DNA of 60,585 bases from Chiloscyllium plagiosum. Taxonomy: Eukaryota. The notes beneath the pieces were generated by a model, which did no database searches, was not told the DNA's origin, and saw nothing but the letters and a program-made list of their open reading frames with translations. Both the position numbers and the translations under genes were made by a program. Positions 35,356-46,154 of this stretch are shown piece by piece; within the stretch, counting starts at the first letter, position 1; each line of letters opens with the position of its first letter. Location of the stretch: assembly GCF_004010195.1 (NCBI RefSeq), contig NC_057740.1, forward strand, positions 10,341,709-10,402,293, read 5' to 3'.

Positions 35356-35441
35356 CTCACAAGGTCACCTCCGTTGCTTAACAATATGAACTACTTGGGA
35401 CCAAGTTGTACTGTACTGGAGTTTGAACTGGGGTTTATATA
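35356..35441 (-). promoter_or_regulatory. TATA box and probable non-coding exon 1 of gene B
   Basis: TATATAAA on - at 35441-35434; donor gag|gtgggt after 35356; shares a motif with the gene A promoter. Confidence 0.6.
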
Positions 35442-35967
35442 TTCTTAGAAGTTGCAAAGTGAACTAATTCCACCAATTAGTTCAAGGCCCTGAAGACCTA
35501 GTATTATCTTTATCCCTTTTGATCTAAACTATTTGTCCACCTGTTAGTTCCAACCATCAGTTACACAAACCTCAGGCAATGCACCACATGATCTTAATGA
35601 TAGAGTCTGAAAAGGTAATGAAATGTTGTGAATCTTATTTTCATGAGGCAGATTATTGATTTCTTTGCGGGAAATTAGATTTTCTATTGAGGATCCTTGG
35701 TAATGCATTTTTGTCATGGTGCCTTCTTGCCCCAGGAGTGCATCTGTGGCAATTGCCCAATTTCCACTCCCATCAGCAGATTAGATTTTTCAGCTAATAG
35801 TTGTGTATGGATGATGCAATCATTGACAACCCATAATGACACATGCACCAGAAACATCTTCACACCAGGACTGCATCATCAGCTCATTACTTGTGGACCA
35901 GCACCAGGGTTACCCAGCTCGCTGTATTCCTGGTGCATAGCATCTTCTTTCACAACATTGTTCTCGT

Positions 35968-36100
35968 CATTCCTGAAGAAGGGCTTATGCCCGAAACGTC
36001 GATTCTCCTGTTCCCTGGATGCTGCCTGACCTGCTGCGTTTTTCCAGCAACACATTTTCAGCTCTGATCTCCAGCATCTGCAGACCTCACTTTCTCCTCA
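35968..36100 (+). ncRNA. Penelope-type short element beginning with an intact minimal hammerhead core
   Basis: CTGAAGA (35973-35979), a, GGGC-ttat-GCCC, GAAA, CGTC (palindromic ACGT stem III; predicted cleavage after C36000); stem I is weak. Confidence 0.6.
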
Positions 36101-36542
36101 AAGATGGATACAATCTTCGCCAACCCTGTGTCCTGATGAAGCTACGAAACTGCTTTCTTCTCACAGATGCTGCCAGACTTGATATCTCCAGCAGTTTCTG
36201 TTTTTGTTTCAGATCTCCAGCGTCTACAGTTCTTTGCTTGACTTCCATGTTGTGAGAACGCGGGCAAATCTCAGCTCAGAGGTGTATATATTTCAGGGTC
36301 TCTCCAGCTCTGGATGTTTCTGTGTTTTTCCATCTGGAGACATAAGCACACAAGAAAAAATAAAATGCTGCAATGGTGGTAGCATTGTCTATTTGATCAA
36401 ATATTAAACCATGGCCTCATTTGTCTTCCCATGGCACTATTTTGAAAAATGCATGAGCACAATTACAGGGGACACATGTGAAACACACTAAACTGGCTGC
36501 ATTTAATCTACCATTTCATTCAAAAACTATAAAACCAGATAT

Positions 36543-36706
36543 AGAGTCATAGAATCATACAGTATGGAAACAGACCCTTCGATCCGACCACTCCATGTTC
36601 CTAAACTAAACTAGTTTCACCTGCCTGCTCCTGGCCCATATCCCTCCAAGCCCTTCCTATTCATGAACTTATCTATATATCTTTTAAACGTTGTAACTGT
36701 ACCTGC
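36543..36706 (-). mobile_element. HER1/CR1 LINE 3' tail
   Basis: agagtcatagaatcatacag..cagacccttc..cccatatccctcc. Confidence 0.75.
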
Positions 36707-37066
36707 TGTCGGCATCATGAACTTTGCATCTTGTTTAATTCACACTTGAATTATAAGTTCACATAATGGGAGATAAAAGGGTGTCTTGGAGTATTCAGCT
36801 TGGAAAGAGAGTGGAGCTGGGTTTGGAAATATATGGATGAACCGTATTTCACCAGTTTGCTTGGCAGAGCAGACAGAAAGGATTGCAGATTCATAAGAAG
36901 ACAACCTTAAAGTCTTACCCTCTGTCCCTAATAGTCTATTCCTAATGTAAAAGCAATGTGGGAAAATATTCCTCGCTATGTTGAAGGTTGATCCAATGAT
37001 CTCTCATGACATAACTGCATCCTCACTTTTAGCAATCAACTTGGGAAAGGGTCAGCAGGTAGAGGC

Positions 37067-37338
37067 AGGGCAGCTGGCTTGGTGGTTAGCACTGCTGCCT
37101 TACAGCACCAGGGTGCCAGGTTTGATTCCAGCCTTGGGTGACAGCCTTTATGGAGTTTGCAGATTCTCCCTGTGTCTGTGTGGGTTTCCTCCCAAATTCC
37201 AAAGATGTGCAAGGCAAATTGGCCATGCTAAATTGTCTGTAGTTGTTAGGTGTATTAGTCAGAGAGGACTAGGTTATTCTTTGGAGGGTCAGTGTGGACT
37301 TGAAGGGCCTGTTTCCACACTGTAGGGAATCTAATCTA
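37067..37338 (+). mobile_element. HE1-type SINE
   Basis: HE1 head and body; tail gggaatctaatcta. Confidence 0.8.
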
Positions 37339-37404
37339 AAACAATTTTTTATTATCCATTTCATCTGAAATTCCACTTTAGCTGAGGAAACAGATAACAG
37401 CTAA

Positions 37405-38080
37405 ATAGAGTCATATAGCACAGAAATAGACCCTTCAGTCCAACTCATTTCCTCAACTAAACTTGTCTTATCTGTCTGTGCTAGACCCAAATCCCTTTAA
37501 ACCTTTCCGATTCATGTAGCTGTCCAGATGTCTCTTAAAAGTTTTAACTGTGCCTGCACTTCCTCTGGCAATTTATTCCATATACAAACCATTCCCTGTG
37601 TGAAAACATTGCCCCTCAGGTCACTTTTAAATCTTTCCCCTGTCACCTTAAAATTATGTCCTCTAGTTTTGAACTTGCCTAATCTAGGTAAAAGATCTTT
37701 GTTATTTATCTTATCCATTCCCTCATGATTTTATAAACCTCTATAAGCTCACCCCAAAACGTCCTATGCGCCAGGAAAAAAGTCCCAGCCTATCCAGCCT
37801 CTCCTTATAATTGAAACCCTCCAGTCTCAGTAACATCTTTGTAAATCTTTTCTGCACCATTTCCAATATAATAATATCCTTCCAGTAATAGGGTGACCAG
37901 AACTGTACACAGTATTTCAAAAGTGGTCTCACCAACATCCCGTACAGCCACAACATGACATCCCAACTCCTATACTCGATGTTCTGACCAATGAAGGTAA
38001 GCGTGCCAAACGCCTTCTTCACCACCCTATCTAGCTGTACTGTCACTTTGAAGACACTATGCACCTGAAGGCACGTCTAT
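37405..38080 (-). mobile_element. HER1/CR1 LINE 3' fragment
   Basis: ORFs VVKKAFGTLTFI..LVRPLLKYCVQFWSP, TRGHNFKV. Confidence 0.88.
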
Positions 38081-41000
38081 CTGTTCAACACCCTCTCAGG
38101 GCTCAACCATTAGCTGTTATTAATCATTCTGGTCTCAAGTTTTACTCTTGCAATAAATGCCTTCCCCCTTCTTTTAAATGTATTACCTATGTTTGAGTGC
38201 GTGTTTGATACTGTGTTTCATTATTCTTTCTTGAGATTGGTAGACAACAACATTCCTATTCTTTTCATTCACAAAACATTGGGTTGTTTTTCTTTGATTG
38301 GATCTAGTTAACTGAGTTTTAATAGAAATGTAATAGCTGCATGTTTAAAAAATAAAAAACATGCTTGTTCAAACTTACAAAATGGGAGTGGAAAAGAGAG
38401 GAACTGATTGTTCCTCCTAACCTGTTCATAACATCAAATATTGCAAAGGCCCATACTCTGGTGCTCATTGAAGACAATGTTTGACTGGAATCTCTTGGAT
38501 TCTATTGGTATAACTACAGCATGAGGACAAAATCACACTGTCAAGGAATTTTAGACATAATTGTAAAGATTCCATGTTTAATTTTGTGTTTTTAAAATCT
38601 GTGGACTGAAATTAGCAAGCTTTATTTTTAAAAAGTGTTTAAAAGGGTGGCCATATGATTTGAAAGCCAGTAACTAATAGTCATCATGTCAAGCATCATG
38701 TACGCAACTGTTTGAACAAGCAATAATTGAAGTTTCAGTTGCATATGATTTAAAGCCAAGTGGGTACAGTATATACATGTAGCTTTTGCTGGTAACAAGA
38801 AGTTCATTGGTCTGTATGCTAGTGATCCCCAGTCATCAATGACAGAGACATTGTTTGCCTGGCAAACTGATTGATGCTCAGGTAACTGACAGCTTGGAGC
38901 TGGGAAGTTACAGAGACAGAGAGGTGTTCATTTCTCACCAGCTCTGGAACAGTCTCTCTCTGTCACTGTGGACATGAAGTAAACCAATTTATCTTTCCTG
39001 CAAAAGTTGTTGGAAGCAATGAGTTTAATAACTAAGTCAAAGACTTCTTAAAAAGGAACCAGCCATCTTGTGTATTTTACCAACCAGTGGACACATCTGG
39101 AGAAATATGATGTGGAGGAGTCAGGGTTGGACTGAGGTGGACAAATTTAAAACTCACACAACATCAGGTTATAGTTCAACAAGTTTATTTGGAAGCACCA
39201 TCTTTCGGAAAGTTGGACTGAAGGATCTGTTTCATGCTGTACATCTCGATGACTCTATAACTGTTTGCCTGTAGTGGCAGTCTAATTATTATTATTATTA
39301 GTATGGAAACCTGGTCTACCTAAAAGTCTGGTAAATTGAACAATTTCGCATAAATTTTAAGATCTTTAACTTCAGTGACAATTCGGGAAGAGTATCACTT
39401 GACTTCTAGTGCCTTACCCCTGTAAGTCATGTCAAAACTGATTTTAAAAAATATGGTGCTCAAAGCTAGACTCAGTAGTGATAACTATCACACTATTATT
39501 GATTGCTGCAAAATCTCAACTGGTTCTTTAATTCCTTGTAAAGAAGGAAATTGTCCTTCATTTTCTGATCTGGCCGATATGTGACTCCACAACAATGTGG
39601 TTTATTATTAACTGCACTCTGAAATGGTCCAGCAAGCCACTCAGGTCAAGGACAATAAGGATAGGCAACAAATGCCTATGATACCCACCTCCCATGAAAA
39701 AGGCTTTAACAAGAATTGTAACCAATAGCCCAAATTACAAACTTTGTTGAATGAGTTTGAGTTCTTGAACCAGCTGCAATTTGTTCTGACATCGTATTTT
39801 TAATTTTGTAAAAGCAAAATCCGTCACCCTATCATACCAAAAGAGAAACTGGATGATATGTAAAACTGTAGGAAAAAAAAATCAATGATTAGTACCTTTT
39901 ATATAACCTGCAGCATTTAGCAACATTCAATAATTACAATGAAATTAGACTTTGCTAATTAATACGTATAGAATATTGGTGTAGGAGTTATGTCCATCAT
40001 CCAATGATGGAATGTCAAACATAGCACAGGATTACAAAAGTTATGTAATGCAAATGGAGGCCATTCAGCCCATCATCTCTGCACCAACTCTCCAAATGAC
40101 TAATTCACATTCATTCTCCTGCTTCTCCCTGTAACTCTACATGTTGTTCCTTTTTTGGGTAATGGCCCAATTGCATTTTGCCTGCAGAATTTTCCAGTTA
40201 CTGCCTACTCCAACATTTCTCCCATCCACTCAATGGTTCCAACACTAATTTTCTATTCAATTAATCTCTTAAAATTCATTTCACTTGGTGTCTAACAATC
40301 TCTGATTGAAAATGAGCCCATAGTGCTCCTTGGTCTGCTCTGCATCTGCAATAATCTCTACAAATCCTCAGCTTTAAATGCCCAAATCTATGATCTTGTA
40401 CAAAAACAGTAGTGCAGGACAAACTCAACAGGTCTGGCATCATCTGTAAGCGAAAATCAAAGTTGATGTTTCGAGTCCAGTGACCCATTGTCGGAACACT
40501 ACAATCTTGCCTTTCTTATCCACATCTGAGAGTTCAATCACCATTTTAGGCATCAACCCCACTTCAATCTAAATAACTGTAACACAATTTACTGCATCAT
40601 CTCAATGTGTTTGAGTATTTGGATCTTGACTTAGCAGTGTTCAAACCTCCGAAGAAAAATGATTGGAAATGAACAACAGATTGATTGGGGAAGAAGGAAT
40701 TGGTTAACTCTTCATGATGCTAATCTAGTTAGCCTACGTGCTTACCATAGCATCGAATAATTGACACAGGATACCCTTGATCCCTTAGGTTAAAATATCC
40801 ATAACTAATGCAATTTGCATGCCTAATTTCACTGGTTATCTGCCAATAGGGATCATAGGCAAGTCTGGCAATAAGAATGATGTGTGTTTCATAAATTTAA
40901 CTTGGCATTCCACAGTTCTTTGAGAAATTGGAGCAATACTTTAATACACATTTCTTTCATCCTGGGCATTGGAATTATGTAAACCATTTTATACCAAGTC

Positions 41001-41522
41001 TGTGGTTGAGTTATTCTGTCCTTATCTTCAGGAAGATGTCTGCAATTAAATATCTCTGCTCTGTGTGTTAATCCTCTGATCATTCACAGCTGAGGTGCAT
41101 CATTTCTATAATTCCCATTTTTGTTTCTTTATCCTGTTTTCAGATCAGGTGAACTGGTTCATGTTTACAATGTTGCTTCATTGCTCTTCATTTGGTTTGA
41201 TTCACAAATCTATCAGTCCTGCATGATGATATTCAAGTGTAGCTTTGGCCTTTATGTTAATGGAACATTTGTTTCGATGAAGGAGTGATAGAGGTGCAGT
41301 TAGTTTCTGATTTAAATAGAAAGATGGAACAACAAATCCAATCCTTTGGTGACTGACTAATCATGTAAAGGAATGATATAATATAACATAGGACTCGATA
41401 TTAATTAAACTGTCAATATACATTTTTATTGAGAATAGAGCTCCTAGTTGTAAAAATCACTCTCGTGCTAAACCATTCATCAGAGTGAAGTTAACCCAGA
41501 TTTCCTCAAAGGGCAACACATA

Positions 41523-42212
41523 AAACGGAAACAGAAATTGCTGGAAAAACACAACAGAGAGAGCGCAGGGTTAACATTTTGAGTCCAGTGATCGTTCTTC
41601 AGAACAGACTGTAGGGAGGAAAAGTTTGGTACATGTGCTGAAGGCGGAGTAAGAGGTGGGAGAAGGAATAAATGACGAGCGTAAATGGAGCCCAGATAGA
41701 GAGAAAATTACTGGGCAGACAAAGGAATAGGTAAAGGCTAGTCTGGGAGAATGGGTAGCTGCTAACAGGGATTATTAGTAGCTGACAATAGGTCATTTGA
41801 GGTAGCAGCTCATGTGATGACAAGGCCTGGTGTGTGGGATATGGGGTAAAGGAGATGGGAAAAGATGTGCAGGCTCTAAAACTTTTGAACTCAAAATTGA
41901 GTCCAGAAGGTTCCCAAGTGAAAAATGAGATGCTGTTCTTCCATTGTCAGCTACTAATTGCCCCCATGACCAGCTATTCATTCCTTGGGCTGTCCAACTG
42001 TTTTTTCCCTCTCTCTGGGCTCCTTTTCCTGCCATTGTTTGTTCCTTCACCTTTACTCCCACCCTTCTTTTGCATAAAAAAAATCCTTAGCCTGGCTACA
42101 ATCAGTTCTGAAGAAGGGTTGATGGACCTGAAACATTAACTCTCCTTTCTGTTCACCAATGCCATTACACATGAGGTGTTTTCCAGCAATTTCTGCTCTT
42201 GGTTCTGTTTTC
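41523..42212. mobile_element. Non-autonomous Penelope-type element with inverted termini, each carrying a hammerhead-like motif
   Basis: Arms acagaaattgctggaaaaaca / tgttttccagcaatttctg; + motif agtt-CTGAAGA..GAAA-catt-aact at 42104-42141; - motif at ~41570-41604. Confidence 0.65.
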
Positions 42213-42807
42213 AAGCTCTTTGTTTTTTTGGGGGGGGGAACACTGAAAACACGTATATGCAGCCTACCAAATTTGAAGGAGGGTGCGGATGAAGGTTAAT
42301 GCTCCAGTGTAATACTCAGGCTGTCCTCCAATGTCAGAGTAAGGTCTCTAGGCCACCAGGTTAAACTGACACCCTGTCCACTCTCTAAGATGGTTACTAT
42401 TTCAAAGCAGAGTAGCAGAGTTATCAGGTTAGTATTTGTCCTTAATCAACATCAGAAATACACATCATTATCATATTGCTTTTTATGGGAGTTGGTTCCA
42501 CACAGAGTGGTTGTCATGTCTGACATGGACAATCAGAACCCTGAAATGTTATGGAAGTTTTTATCCTTTGGTAACCATGAGCTGCTTTTTTATGAAAGGA
42601 GGGAACTGCATATTTCAGAGGTGAGACTTTAACTGGGTCTTCCTTGGAAAGGCGGATGGTAATCATGTTCTGACAGCTCTTTAACTGGTGCACAACTTTC
42701 AGTGGAAAGTAAGCCATGGCCCTTTTCCCACAGCAGTCATTTGCCATATTCAGAAACATGAAGACCCTGACAGTAACTTTGACAGCTGCTGTCAAACTAT
42801 AAGTTTG

Positions 42808-43130
42808 GTGTGGCACTTTGCCTCAGTGGTTAGCAGTGCTGCCTCACAGTGCCACGATCCCAGGTTCGATTCCAGCCTCGGCAACTGCCTGTGTGGAGTT
42901 TGCACAATCTCCCTATGTGAGCGGGGGTTTCCTCCAGGTGCTCCAGTTTCCTCCCACAATCCAAAGATGTGCAGGTCAGGTAAATTGGACATGCTAAATT
43001 GTCCATAGAGTTCAGGGATGTGTAGGTTAGATGCATTAATCATGAGTAAATGTGGAGTAATCGGCTAGGGGAATGGGTCTAGGTAAGTTATTCTTTGGAG
43101 CGTCAGTGTGGACTTGTTGGGTCGAAGAGT
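42808..43130 (+). mobile_element. HE1-type SINE
   Basis: HE1 head cagtggttagcagtgctgcctcacag..ggttcgattcc and body. Confidence 0.85.
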
Positions 43131-44174
43131 TTCTGTGAAGTATAGATGGGTAGGAGGGTTAGGGTGCCAGTTAAGTAGTATACCAGCTATATGGTTATAA
43201 GGTTTAAAGAAGGGATAGAGAAAACAGCAGTAGGAATGGAGTAGAATTACTGATTAGAAACAGAATCACTTCTATGTTGAGGAAGGATGCAATGAGGGGC
43301 AAGCAACCCAGTGCCCACCTTATAAAACCACAATAGCTGTGTGGGAAATCATGAATCACTAGACTTGATTTAGTTTTCTGAAGAAGTGACAAAGTAGATT
43401 GACGGACATTGTCTATATAGACTTTGGCAAGGTGTTCAACAAGGTTCTACATGGTAGACTGGTTAACAAAGTTAGATCACATGGAATCCAAGGAGAACTT
43501 GCCATTTGGATACAAAATTGGCTTAAAGATAGGAAACAAAGGGTGGTGGCTGAGGGTTGTTTTTCAAACTGGAGGCCTGTGAGCAACAGTGTGCCACCAG
43601 CATTGGTGCTGGTGTCCACAGCTTAGTGTCAGTTATATAAATGGTTTGGATGTGATGTAGGAGGTATAGTTAGTAAGTTTGCAGATGACACCAAAATTAG
43701 TGTTGTAGTGGACAGCAAAGAAGGTTATCTGAGTGCAATGGGACCCTGATCAGATGGGCCGATAGACCAAGGAGTGGCAGATGGTGTTTAATTTAGATAG
43801 TGTGAGGTGCCGCATTTTTGGTAAAGCAAATCAGGGCAGCACATAAACAGTTAATGGTATGGTCCTAGAGAGTGCGGCCAAACAAAGAGACTTTGGGGTG
43901 CAGGATCATAGTTCCCTGAAAGTGGAGTCACAGGTAGACAGGATAGTGAAGAAGACGTTTGGTATGCTTGCCTTTCTTGGTCAGTGCATTGAATATAGGA
44001 GTTGGGATGTCATGTTGCAGCTATACATGACATTGGTTAGGCCACTTTTGGAAAACTGCGTGCAATTCTGGTCTCCCTGCTATGGGAAAGATGTAGTTAA
44101 ACGTCAAAGGGCTCAGAAAAGATTTACAAGGATGTTGTCAGGGTTGGACGGTTTCAGCTAGAGGGAGAGGCTGA

Positions 44175-45000
44175 TGTGGATACATTTCCCTCCCCACCCT
44201 TTTCCGCCTTCCGCAAAGACCGTTCCCTCCGTGACTACCTGGTCAGGTCCACGCCCCCCTACAACCCACCCTCCCGTCCTGGCACCTTCCCCTGCCACCG
44301 CAGGAATTGCAAAACCTGCGCCCACACCTCCTCTCACACCTCCATCCAAAGCCCTGAAGGAGCCTTCCACATCCATCAAAGTTTTACTTGCACATCTACT
44401 AATATCATTTATTGTATCTATTGCTCCCGATGTGGTCTCCTCTACATTGGGGAGACTGGATGCCTCCTACCAGAGCGCTTTAGGGAACATCTCTGGGACA
44501 CCCGCACTAATCAACCACACCACCCTGTGGCCCAACATTTCAACTCCCCCTCCCACTCTGCCGAGGACATGGAGGTCCTGGGCCTCCTTCACCGCCGCTC
44601 CCTCACCACCAGATGCCTGGAGGAAGACCGCCTCATCTTCCGCCTCGGAACACTTCAACTCCAGGGTATCAATGTGGACTTCACCAGTTTCCTCATTTCC
44701 CCTTCCCCCACCTCATCCTAGTTTCAAACTTCCAGCTCAGCACTGCCCCCATGACTTGTCCTCCCTGCCGATCTTCTTTTCCACCTATCCACTCCACCTT
44801 CCTCCCTGACCTATCACCTTCCTCCCCTCCCCCACTCACCTATTGTACTCTCTGCTACTTTCTCCCCACCCCCACCTTCCTCTCATTTATCTCTCCACCC
44901 TTCAGGCTCTCTACCTGTATTCCTGATGAAGGGCTTTTGCCCGAAACTGCTCCTCAGATGCTGCCTGAACTGCCGTGCTTTTCCAGCACCACTAATCCAG
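44175..45000 (+). mobile_element. Penelope-like element 3' fragment: GIY-YIG endonuclease ORF remnant plus pseudo-LTR with hammerhead core
   Basis: ORF 44176-44721 C..C..C..FTCTSTNIIYCIYCSRCGLLYIGET..ERFREH..VAQHFN..LGTL..GIN; CTGATGA-a-GGGC-tttt-GCCC-GAAAC at 44923-44947. Confidence 0.9.
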
Positions 45001-45026
45001 AAAGAAGCCTAAAAACCTATGGTGAA

Positions 45027-45340
45027 GATGATGGTCTGGTGGTATGATCACTGGACTGATATTCTAGAAACCCAGGTAATGTTCTGGGGAATGGAGTTTG
45101 ACTCCCACTGTGATAGATGGTAGAATTTGAATCCAATTTAAAAATCTGGAATCTAGCATCTAACTATGACCATGAATCCATTGTTGATTGTCATTTGGTT
45201 TACTAACGCCCTTTAGGGACAGAAATTGCCATCCTTACCTGGTCTGACCTATATGTGACTCCAGAACCACATGTTATTGACTATTAACTGCCCTCTGGGC
45301 AATTAGGAATGGGCAACACATTCACACCAAGCTAACAAAG
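45027..45340 (+). mobile_element. tRNA-derived SINE, third family
   Basis: tRNA-like head tggtctggtggtatgatcactggact..gagtttgactccc; body shared with 18255-18605. Confidence 0.6.
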
Positions 45341-45504
45341 CCCTAATTCTGCTAAAGAATAAAAGGTATCACGAGGGTCATGGATAGGATGAATAGTCAA
45401 GGTCTTTTCCCCAGGGTAGGGAAGTCCAATACTCAAAGGCATAAGTTTAAGGTGAGAGGGGAAAGATTTAAAAGGGATCTAAGGAGCAACTTTATCACGC
45501 AGAG

Positions 45505-45962
45505 CTGGAAGAACACAGCAAGCCCAGGCAGTGTTAGAAGGCGGAGTAGTCAACATTTCAGGTGTAATCTGTCTTCAGGAGTAGGGGTGGGTGTAAGGGG
45601 AGCTGCAGATAAAGGAGAGAGGGGCAGTACAGTGAGGTGGGGATAGGTTCACACAGATGGAGGGTACGAATTGGTTGGTCGACAGGAGGACAGAATCTGG
45701 TTGATGGAACTGAATTCATCCTTCCCATCGACAAATCAAGTTGAATCCTCTACCTGTGTCCAGCTATTCCCACCTCACCATCCTCCACCCCCTCCCCCAT
45801 CCTCCTTTATCTGCAGCTCCCCTTGCACCCACCCCTAGTCCTGAAGACGGGTTACACCCAAAACGTTGACTTCTCCACCTCCTGATGCTCCCTGGCTTGC
45901 TGTGTTCTTCCAGTCTCCTGCTTGTCTACCTTGGATTCCAGCATCTGCAGTTTTTGTTTGCT
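45505..45962. mobile_element. Non-autonomous Penelope-type element with inverted hammerhead-bearing termini
   Basis: ctggaagaacacagcaagcc / ggcttgctgtgttcttccag; + motif agtc-CTGAAGA-c-GGGT-tac-ACCC-aAAA-cgtt-gact at 45837-45871; - copy at ~45546-45582. Confidence 0.7.
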
Positions 45963-46154
45963 GCTAGAGGAAGTGGTGGAGGCTGGGACAATTACAACAT
46001 TTAAAAGGTATCTGGGTGGGTATGAAAATTGGAAGGGTTTGTAAGGAAATAGGCCAAATGATGGCAAATGGGATTAGATTAATTTAGGATACCTGGTCAG
46101 AATGGATGAGTTGGACCGAAGTTTTCTGTGTTGTTCATCCCTATGACTCTGTAT

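Larger units (their letters stand above)
43400..46152 (+). mobile_element. HER1/CR1 LINE RT fragment split by Penelope and SINE insertions
   Basis: DIVYIDFGKVFNKV, FADDTK, LVRPLLENCVQFWSP up to 44174; resumes at 45370-45503 and 45964-46152 with tail atgactctgta. Confidence 0.85.

Noticed and set aside
38115-39440. Possible further LTR pieces (tgttat..ataaca at 38115-38433 and downstream)
   Set aside because: No TSD or second copy in the window to fix boundaries; unsupported without a repeat library.
44174-44809. 211-aa Pro/Ser/Thr-rich ORF
   Set aside because: Alternative frame of the C-rich Penelope endonuclease region.
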